From assembly GCA_963770565.1 (NCBI GenBank), contig CAVYQE010000004.1, forward strand, positions 1-30,402: 30,402 nucleotides of DNA, given 5' to 3'. Source of the stretch: an uncultured Actinomycetota bacterium (GTDB lineage Bacteria; Actinomycetota; Actinomycetes; JAFAQI01). Below, piece by piece: positions 11,672 through 19,623 of the stretch. Below the pieces are notes generated by a model. The model was given only the letters and a program-made list of their open reading frames with translations, was not told the origin of the DNA and did no database searches. Positions within the stretch are counted from its first letter, which is position 1. Every line of letters starts with the position of its first letter. The translations under genes and the position numbers were made by a program.

Positions 11672-13179
11672 GCGATCGCGTTCAGCCCGAGCGGGCTCAT
11701 CTCTATGCGGTTGCGCGCGGCGGTGCCGCGAACCTGATCGGTGTCGTCGTCACCTCAGGCCTGAATCTCGCCCTTGTCGTCGTGGTGACCCGCGGCCTAG
11801 ATCGACGGGCGGCAGGTGCGGTATTCGCGCTGACGTCGCTGTACTTCCTGGTCGAGACGATGGTTCGGCTCGGGACCGATGTCGGTGTGGTGCATTTCGT
11901 CGCCGGCGACCGGGTCCACGACCGGCGGGCCGTGATCGACTCGATCTGGGCGTCGTTCATACCGATTGCGCCGACGATGGTCGTCGGCGCAATTGCGATC
12001 GGCGTGCTGACGCCATCGGTGGTCGACGCGCTCGGAGCGCGGCAGTCGCTGGCTCACCTGACCGCCGTTGCGCTTGCACTGGGCATCGCCGTTCTGGTCG
12101 GTGCGACCTACGATTTCATGACCGCGGTCACTCGAGGCCTCGGCCGATCGTCGCCAACGGTCGTGATCGAGCGTGTGCTCCGCCCGGTGCTTCAAACGGT
12201 CGGAGTGGTCGCGGCGATCGCTTCCGGAGGCGGCGCCTCCCTGGTGGTGGCGGCGTGGATCCTGCCGTACCTCGTGACCGGCCCGATCATGGCGGCATGG
12301 CTGCGAGCCCTGCTGGTTGCCGATGAAATACCACTGCGATCGACGGCTTGGCGTCTCCGCTTCCGGGAGATCTGGCGCTTCACGCTTCCGCGGTCGGCGA
12401 CCGGAATACTCCAAATTCTGCTTCAGCGGTTGGACATCATCATCGTCGGCGCAATTCTCGGCAGCGCGTCGGCGGCCGTGTATACCGGCGCCACGAGGTT
12501 CGTTGTGGTGGGGCAGCTCGGCAACCAGGCCATTTCCTACGTGTTCCAGCCTCAACTCGCGGGCCTGCTGCGTCGTCAGCGACTGGACGAGGCCCGAGAG
12601 CTCTATCGAGTGTCGACCGCGTGGATTGTCGGCCTGAACGCGCCGCTGTACCTGACGGTGTGCGTCACCGCGCCGCTGTTGGTTCGCCTCCTCGGGCACA
12701 ACTATCACAGCGGGCTGGGGGCGATGGAGGTCGTCACGGCGGCCAGCCTCGTCGGCTCATCGTGCGGGTTGGTCGACTTCGTCCTCATCACGGCCGGCCG
12801 CACATCCTGGAACCTGTGGAACACCACCCTCGCGCTTGGCATCAACCTTGCCGTGGATCTCACACTGATCGCGAGGTTCGGCATCATCGCCGCGGCGTGG
12901 GGTTGGGCTGCCGCGATTCTTATCAACAACCTGCTACCGCTGGTGCAGGTGCACCGAACACTCGGCTTCAGCCCGATATCGGGCACCTGGTGGCGAATGG
13001 TGATCTTGTCAGGGTTGGCGTTCGGCTTGATACCAGGGCTTGCACTCGCTATTGCGGGTGCCACGCTGCCGGCGATGCTGACTGCGCTGGCGGTGGCGCT
13101 GGTGTGCTATCTGGCGGTGATCTGGCGCTGGCGCGAACACCTGGCGCTGTCTCAGTTGTTGTCGGTGGGTCGGAAGTAG
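11668..13179 (+). CDS. Wzx-type polysaccharide flippase (MOP family)
   Basis: Many hydrophobic segments, N-terminal ARGGAANLIG, RLGTDVGVVHF, LQRLDIIIVG..AAVYTGATRF. The frame is open from CTG 11668; the ORF finder start is 11782. Confidence 0.88.
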   Translation: MSDRVQPERAHLYAVARGGAANLIGVVVTSGLNLALVVVVTRGLDRRAAGAVFALTSLYFLVETMVRLGTDVGVVHFVAGDRVHDRRAVIDSIWASFIPIAPTMVVGAIAIGVLTPSVVDALGARQSLAHLTAVALALGIAVLVGATYDFMTAVTRGLGRSSPTVVIERVLRPVLQTVGVVAAIASGGGASLVVAAWILPYLVTGPIMAAWLRALLVADEIPLRSTAWRLRFREIWRFTLPRSATGILQILLQRLDIIIVGAILGSASAAVYTGATRFVVVGQLGNQAISYVFQPQLAGLLRRQRLDEARELYRVSTAWIVGLNAPLYLTVCVTAPLLVRLLGHNYHSGLGAMEVVTAASLVGSSCGLVDFVLITAGRTSWNLWNTTLALGINLAVDLTLIARFGIIAAAWGWAAAILINNLLPLVQVHRTLGFSPISGTWWRMVILSGLAFGLIPGLALAIAGATLPAMLTALAVALVCYLAVIWRWREHLALSQLLSVGRK

Positions 13180-14171
13180 GGATCAGTCGCGAGGGCGCGG
13201 AATGCCGCGACGACGACCGGGTCGGTACCGAGCGCGTAGGCGTTGTTGATCCGGGCACCAGCGGGGTCGTAGTCGAAGTATGCGACTGCTTTGATCTGGC
13301 GACCCGCGGTCAAGGTGGTCTGAGCCTGCTCCAGCCATCGCGCACGCTCATCTGGTGGGTAGCTGCGCGGCACTCCGAACTCGCCGATCATCACCGGCTT
13401 TTGCTGCTGCTGCGCCCAATTGAGAAAGGGCCGGATCAGTCGGCCCAGTGGCTGGTAAGGCTGAGGACCGAAGACTGGACTTGGGTAGGCGTCCGTGCAC
13501 ACCCAGTCGACTTCGTTGGCCCCTGGGTAATAGGCCAGTGCGCGCCCGTCCGCGAACCCCGCCGCGGTGGGGCACCAGATCCAGGTCACGTTCGATACGC
13601 CAACGGAAGCGAAGACCTGTCTGACCCGGTCCCAGGCAGCGATGTAGTCCTGCGGTGAATGCACGACCCTGGCGAGATTGGGGCGGTCCATTTCCCACCG
13701 GAACTCGAGAAAGACCGGAGCGCGCAGTGAGGCGATCTCCTCGGCTTCGGCCTTGATCGTGCCGTCAACCGCCCCGCTCGCCATGGTTCGGGTGTCCGTC
13801 CCCGTCCAGGAGACGAGGAGATCTTCGCCGCGCTCGGCGAACTGGGTGGCCGAACTGGTGGGAAAAGGTGTCTCCCAGGGGAAGTAGACGTGTGCAAAGG
13901 CCAGCGGTCTGCATGCCTGCGCCGCGAGAGCATTGAAGGACTTCACGTAACCGTCCTGGGTCGCCGGACCGGCCAGCGCGAAGGCGCCGAGGTAGGCACC
14001 GTTGGTAGGAACGGCTGGAGGGCGTGCGGGCGCCCACGATACCCGGGGCTTCGGAGTCACGGTGCACGATGCGGTGCTGCGACCGGCGGAGTGGCCACTG
14101 CAGCCGACCAACGGGCCGAGAAGGCCACCGACGATCAGGAACCGGGCGACGGGTCGCCGCGCCCGCCGCAC
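13152..14171 (-). CDS. GH26-like glycoside hydrolase, probable lipoprotein
   Basis: Arg-rich N-terminus, hydrophobic stretch and lipobox LVGC. FLEFRWEMD, WIWCP, YYPGANEVDWVCTDAY, KPVMIGEFG. Start is GTG 14171 (overlapping the upstream TAG) or ATG 14204. Confidence 0.82.
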   Translation of the reverse strand: MRRARRPVARFLIVGGLLGPLVGCSGHSAGRSTASCTVTPKPRVSWAPARPPAVPTNGAYLGAFALAGPATQDGYVKSFNALAAQACRPLAFAHVYFPWETPFPTSSATQFAERGEDLLVSWTGTDTRTMASGAVDGTIKAEAEEIASLRAPVFLEFRWEMDRPNLARVVHSPQDYIAAWDRVRQVFASVGVSNVTWIWCPTAAGFADGRALAYYPGANEVDWVCTDAYPSPVFGPQPYQPLGRLIRPFLNWAQQQQKPVMIGEFGVPRSYPPDERARWLEQAQTTLTAGRQIKAVAYFDYDPAGARINNAYALGTDPVVVAAFRALATDPYFRPTDNN

Positions 14172-15050
14172 TACTCTCGCCAGCTCGGCTGCCACCCGAG
14201 CCATTCGCCGAGTTCGGCATCGTAGGGCGCGAAGTGAGCTTCAAGGCGGGCCCGAACATGGTCCGCCATCGGCGAGCGTGGCCTGGCGTTGTGTCGCTCG
14301 AAGTCGATGTCGGCGGACGGAGGGAGGCCGAGGAACTCGAGCGTCGCCGCGAAGGTCGGCTCGGGATCGGAGAAGAACCGATGGCTGTCGACGACGTGAA
14401 TTCGCGAACGACCGAGGATCTTCTCCAGCCGGCGCAGTGCGTCGATGTACTGCCCGCGTGCCACATACGCCTGGTGCTGGTGGGCCTGGCTCTCATACGT
14501 CGGGTCGGCGCGCAGCGCCTCTTCTTCGCCTGCGGTGCGCAAGGGCTCGAGCTCGAGCGCCCGTTCGAAAGGCTCGGTCTCGTACCCGCGCGCGAGTTCG
14601 TGCGCATGGGCCGAGTTACGCCCGCTCGACCGGGTCGCGAATCAGCATGATGACGCGAACATCGGCCAGATCCGCACTGAATCGATCGGCCGCAAGCGGA
14701 TGGAAGCCGTAGTACGGACTCGACTCGTAGACGATGGGATCGACTCCGAGCCGGCGCGCAGCGGCTGACACGGCGACCCGCGACGGGAAGTGCGCGCGAT
14801 ACCAGCCCAACCCCTGCGCGTAGTTCATATCGAAGTAGTGCACTCCTTTGTGCATCACGGGTTTGAAAGCACCGGGATGCTGCGTCAGGGCCCGGTACAT
14901 CGACGTGGTTCCGCACCGCTGTCCGCCAACGATCAACACGTTCGGCAGGGCCCGAAATCGACTGGTTGCGCGGCCGTAACCATGCACGACAACGGTTTGC
15001 GCATAGCGTTTCAACGGTACGGGCAACGCCGACTGTCGGTTCGGGCTCAC
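14171..15050 (-). CDS. Sulfotransferase resembling the heparan-sulfate 3-O/N-sulfotransferase domain (one frameshift at ~14617)
   Basis: LPNVLIVGGQRCGTTS, KGVHYFD.NY..GLGWY..HFP, ESSPYY, IRDPVERA. Removing one A in GCGTAACTCG gives RAYSAHAHE, which joins the frame with RGQY and FLGL. Confidence 0.9.
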
Positions 15051-16246
15051 TGGCGCACCCCCCGCTTTGCCCGAATCGTGTCCAATGCAGCGGGCAGAAG
15101 CCAGGTCCGCGTGGGGTGCAGCCTCGACCCCGCGCCGGCCTGATCGTCAACGTCGTAGCGCACCGCAAGTGCCAGCAAATGCAACGCCGCGACGGATGGA
15201 GATGCCGCCTCAGCCACGACGGCCCGCGCGGCGGCCAATGGCGCCATCCGGCGAATGATCAGAAGCTCCTGCAGCCGATAGTGAGTGAGGTCCGATCCGA
15301 CCGGCGCATCTGTGCGAAAGCGTTCCCAATCCCAGACCAGCAGGCCGGCCTCCGTCCGCCACATGTTCCACGGCGACCAGTCGCCGTGGCTTGCACCGAA
15401 GGTGACGTCGATGTTGCCTGCGCAGTCCGTGACGGCGTCGAGCGCGGCGCGAAGTGGATCGCGGCGATCGGCGTCGGCAACACCTTCTGCGCCTTCACGG
15501 AGCCCCATCCAGAAGCTCGACGCGGCGAGCGGAGTGGTCTCAACGGTCGCGGTTGCAACAAGCTCAGCGCTCGCCTGGGCAAGGTCGCTGGCGCTGGGCA
15601 GGCGACCGCGGGACCAGGTCGGAAGTGGGCTCAACACGAGAGATCCGCGGCCGGCGAAGTCCGAGTTGTCGATCACCGTGGGCGTGATGAGCAGCCGGGA
15701 GTCCGCGCCGGCGAGCTGCCTCAGCGCGCGCGCTTCATTCGCGATCAACCCCACGCTGAGGTCGGATTGCGCGACCTTGGCAAACCCGATCGGGTAGCGA
15801 CCTCGGACGGTCAGGGCTTGAACGATGGCCTTGCGGTTGGCCCGAGCAGGAGTCAGGTGGATCGCCGCCGTCACGGGCTGACCAAGGACCCGGGTGAGGT
15901 GGCCATCGATCCCCGACGAGTAGGTATCTCCGGGCGCGATCACGGCGATGTCGGGTCTGAGCAACGCAGACCCGGGCAGTCCGGCGGCCGCGACGAGGCA
16001 CCGATATCCGAGTCTCGCCCGAGCGTTGAGCCGGCCGCCGTAGGCGCGAAGCGCGGCCCTTGCGGTCGCGGGCGAGCCAGCGGGCACGAGCAGCCGAGGT
16101 CGAGACGGCGAAGGGATGATCGCGAACGATCTCTCCGAGTGCTGCCCTCCGCCGGCCGGTGACGACGCGATGTCGCAATCCGGATACAGGCCGGCCAGAA
16201 CAGAGCGGGCATAGGTCAGCCGGTCCCCCGAATCCGGCGATCTCAC
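15047..16246 (-). CDS. APH/choline-kinase-like phosphotransferase
   Basis: FAKVA (ATP-binding Lys), NEARAL, HGDWSPWN (catalytic loop), DWE (metal binding). GTGA overlaps with both neighbours. Confidence 0.7.
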   Translation of the reverse strand: MRSPDSGDRLTYARSVLAGLYPDCDIASSPAGGGQHSERSFAIIPSPSRPRLLVPAGSPATARAALRAYGGRLNARARLGYRCLVAAAGLPGSALLRPDIAVIAPGDTYSSGIDGHLTRVLGQPVTAAIHLTPARANRKAIVQALTVRGRYPIGFAKVAQSDLSVGLIANEARALRQLAGADSRLLITPTVIDNSDFAGRGSLVLSPLPTWSRGRLPSASDLAQASAELVATATVETTPLAASSFWMGLREGAEGVADADRRDPLRAALDAVTDCAGNIDVTFGASHGDWSPWNMWRTEAGLLVWDWERFRTDAPVGSDLTHYRLQELLIIRRMAPLAAARAVVAEAASPSVAALHLLALAVRYDVDDQAGAGSRLHPTRTWLLPAALDTIRAKRGVRQ

Positions 16247-17618
16247 CGAAGGCCGCCGGCAACCAAGGGGCTGAGCTCGCGCGGAGCGGGCTGAGGCTTC
16301 GGTCGCACAACGACCGCCGGCGGAACGGCGATGCTGCGCCAGGCCAAGGAAATGGAGATCAGGGTGATGCCGGCGGCGGAAGGCAGGTTGTTGTAGAAGT
16401 AGCTGTAGAACAACACCAGGATGATGATCAGACGCGCGGCCGTACCGGTCGGACTTCGATCTCTTCGCAGGGCCAAGAACGCAGCGAGGAAGAACCCGAA
16501 GTACAGACCAACTCCGACGAGGCCGTTGCTGAACGCCACCTGCCAGAACTCCCCGGTGCTACCGATGCCTACGTTGCCGCAGTTGAGGCAGTTGGCGGTG
16601 GGTCCGATGGCGATCGATTGGCCGCTCCCGATCGTCTTTCGGGGCCCGCCCCAGCCCAGGATCGGGGACTCCAGAGCACCGTGCCAGGCGGCGGCGTCCG
16701 CGAATGCCCGCACCTCATTGCTTCCGCCGTGGCTCTCGCGCTGGGTGATGACGCCATGCAACGGTGTCAACAGGAAGGCCAACACCGCGACCGGAAGAAG
16801 GAGCAGCGCGCTGATCAAGGCACGCGTGTCGCCTTGAGCGGCCAGCCGCCAGACCAGATACGCGACCGAGATGAGAAGCCCGAACCACATACCGCGGTTG
16901 AGGGAGTAGACGATCGGCACTAGTGCGACCGCGAGCGTGACACCGAGGGCAAGCCGACGCCAACCCGATGCCGGGCGCCACATGTACACGCAGAACCACA
17001 CCAACAGGATGGACAGCAGGTTGCCCCAGGTGTTGGTGTAGCCCCAGGGAGCCGCCGGCCGCGGCGCGGAGTAGCCAAGCACGGTCTGCACCTGTGCGGC
17101 GGCAGGATGGACGAGCGACTGTACGTAGGTGTTCGAGATGATCCCGTGCGGCAGGACTGCTTCAACCGGAGACGTGAAGGAGAACGACGGTGCTGCGAGC
17201 GCGAGATAGCCACCGGCCACGGTCGCGAAGAACAGGACGCACATCCAGCGCATGATCTTGCGCTGCGGAACCTGACTGGTCGGGAGGTTGAGCACATACA
17301 ACGCGATGATCGTCACGGCGCCGAGTTCGAAGAAGCGGAACATCACCCCAAAGGCCCGGCCCGACTGCGATCCAGGAACCGTGTGCGGGGCCCCGAAGGG
17401 GAGCATCACCAGGCTCAGCACGGTCCAGATCAAGAAGAGCATCCACAGGCCGAAACCGGGGGGAGGAGGAGCGGTCGCCACCGGCGAAGCTGCCAGGCCA
17501 TCGGAATCGCGAACAATACGAAGGTGAACTCTCCGGCGCCGATGACCCACCACAGCGGGTAGAAGCAAAGCAGGGCCCACAGCGGCCAACCGGCCTGCAG
17601 GCGCAGTCGCGAAGCCAT
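16243..17618 (-). CDS. Wzy polymerase/O-antigen ligase family membrane protein (frameshift at ~17460)
   Basis: About 10 hydrophobic segments, RPAAPWGYTNTWG, SLNRGMW, SNEVR, SPILGWG. The N-terminus is in ORF 17430..17618 and joins at a G run near 17458-17463. Confidence 0.82.
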
Positions 17619-17638
17619 CGGTCGTTCGCTGCCGTTAC

Positions 17639-19393
17639 CTAGTGGGCTTGATGCGGCTGGCCAGCAGACGACGCCGGGGCGACCTGCTCGGGCGCGGCGG
17701 TCGCGGCGGACACAGTGCCTCCGCCCAATCGGTCAGCGGACTCGTTCCACGACGGCACCGGGACGAAGTTCGATCGAACGACAGGCCCGACCGGAGACGC
17801 CGAAGCCGCTGCACCCACCGAACTCGAACGGCGTCGCTTCATCGTGCGCCGCCAGATGAAGGCGCCCACGACCCTGCTCGAGGTGACCTCAACCTGCTCC
17901 ACCACGTCGGCGAGCTGTGCGCGGGTGGTGACACCGGGTTCGACGACGACCACCGTTGCCAGGCTCATCGACGCGAGTATGTAGGGCTCCGAGCCGAAGG
18001 CACTATCGCGGCCGACCAGAATCACGTAGCGGGAGCGGGTCAGCGCGGCCTGGACCTCGTGCATGAGCGCGGACACGTCGTCAAGGGGGGCGCCGGCCTG
18101 GCGGGGCCGCATCGTCCCCAGCTGCCCGGACCGCGCGGCGGCGAGCTGGTTTCCGACGCTGCTGTCGCGCTGCGGGTTCGCGCGTCCGATGACCCGGGTG
18201 AGAGCGGCGGGTTCGTCGTCGGGCGCGGCGGCGAGCCGGCGCGGATCGTCGAGCATCGAGACGCTCGAGGCGGTCTCTTCCACGGGTGCGTAGCTCTCGC
18301 CGAGCGTCACGATCTCGGTGCTGCTGCCGAAGCGGCCGAGTTCGTCGGCGAGGCGGCTGGCGAATCCTTCGTCCGCCAACGCCGGGGACAGTTGTGCGAC
18401 GTACACCGGACCACCTTGGGCGCCGAGGGCTGCGCCGATTGCCGCGGCAACCCGCTGTTCGGCCCGGACTCTCGATCGCTCGGTGAGTGCCGTAGACCTG
18501 CGGCGAAGCAAGCCACCGCGGGTGGTCGGCATTTCCGCGATGACCGGGAGACCGACCCGGCCGAGGTCGTCCGCGGACCGCACTGATCGGTCGCTGGCCT
18601 CGCGCGCCGTGGCTGCCGTCACGCCGCCCAGAAGGCCGAGAACGATGCCCGCCAGAATCACGATGTAGCGCAGTCGATCCGGCGCGGCGCCGCCGCCAGT
18701 TGCCGGGGACGCGAGGGTGCCGGCCTCCAAGGACGCGCCGCGGAGCGTACCCAGAGTGGTGCTGAGGGCGAGGCTGACGGTCAGCGCCTGGCTCTTTTTC
18801 AGCTCGGCCTGGTGGTGGGCGGCGGAGTTCGGTGGGGTGGAGTTCGCCGTTGCCGCTTCCTGTACGACGGCCTGCCGCTCCGCGTTGAGCTGAGCGTTCA
18901 CCGCGTTGACCTGGGTGGCCTGGTACGCCTTCGCGATGTTCGAGCGGTCCTCGAGATAGCCCTGCGCGAACGCGTTCGCGCCGGCGGTCGCGACCTGAGC
19001 CGAGTGCGCCGCGAACGCGATTCTCAGAATCGTGGTGTTCGGGGGAACGGTCACTGTGACGCGCCCAACGAGCACGCCCGGCGCGGTCGAGGTCTTCATC
19101 AACCGTTGCGCGATGTCCGCGACCGGGAGCGTGGTGACGAGCTGGCTCTGCGTGTCCATATTGATGATGCCGTTGGTCCGCGCGCCGGTCTGGGTGGCGA
19201 CCTGGTCGGTCAGATTGGCCGTGACCTGGACCCGGGCGGTCGCGGTGTAGGTCGGACGAACCAAGCGAGCGCCGGCCACGCCCGCCAGGGTGCCGAGCAC
19301 GACCAACAGCGCGATCAGCGCGCGGTGCCTGCGCAGGGGCCGCAGGTAGTGACTGAGGTCATGCGCGACCACCGGGGCAGCTATGTCGTTCAT
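17639..19393 (-). CDS. Wzz/Wzc-like polysaccharide co-polymerase (chain-length determinant)
   Basis: DLSHYLRPLRRH, TM1, PTYTATARV, NMDTQSQLV, coiled region, TM2 (GIVLGLLGG), REASDRSVRSADDL..GLPVIAEMP, then a degenerate kinase-like domain. Confidence 0.85.
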   Translation of the reverse strand: MNDIAAPVVAHDLSHYLRPLRRHRALIALLVVLGTLAGVAGARLVRPTYTATARVQVTANLTDQVATQTGARTNGIINMDTQSQLVTTLPVADIAQRLMKTSTAPGVLVGRVTVTVPPNTTILRIAFAAHSAQVATAGANAFAQGYLEDRSNIAKAYQATQVNAVNAQLNAERQAVVQEAATANSTPPNSAAHHQAELKKSQALTVSLALSTTLGTLRGASLEAGTLASPATGGGAAPDRLRYIVILAGIVLGLLGGVTAATAREASDRSVRSADDLGRVGLPVIAEMPTTRGGLLRRRSTALTERSRVRAEQRVAAAIGAALGAQGGPVYVAQLSPALADEGFASRLADELGRFGSSTEIVTLGESYAPVEETASSVSMLDDPRRLAAAPDDEPAALTRVIGRANPQRDSSVGNQLAAARSGQLGTMRPRQAGAPLDDVSALMHEVQAALTRSRYVILVGRDSAFGSEPYILASMSLATVVVVEPGVTTRAQLADVVEQVEVTSSRVVGAFIWRRTMKRRRSSSVGAAASASPVGPVVRSNFVPVPSWNESADRLGGGTVSAATAAPEQVAPASSAGQPHQAH

Positions 19394-19623
19394 GGTGTCG
19401 AGCGCCTCACTCCGTCGTCCCCGCAGTTCGGATCAGAGTAACCGGCGCTTCGTCCGTTGGCGGCCAATTGTCGAGCTTAACGGGCAATTAGGGCTGTTCG
19501 GGCGTAGCCGTCTGCGCCGTATGGGTGATCCGACAGACAGCAAGCGGGTGAGCCTTAAGCCACCCGAATGTGCGGTCGAACTAGTCACTACAGGTAGTGC
19601 AGAGCCGAGCAGTGAGGGTAACG

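Noticed and set aside
15047-16246. Aminoglycoside resistance gene
   Set aside because: Only fold-level motifs are present, the protein is longer than typical APH enzymes, and it is embedded in a polysaccharide operon.
12348-18586. Long overlapping ORFs such as 12348..13658, 13765..15168, 14966..16162 and 17642..18586
   Set aside because: No recognisable motifs; they overlap well-supported genes and are expected from stop-codon scarcity in high-GC DNA.
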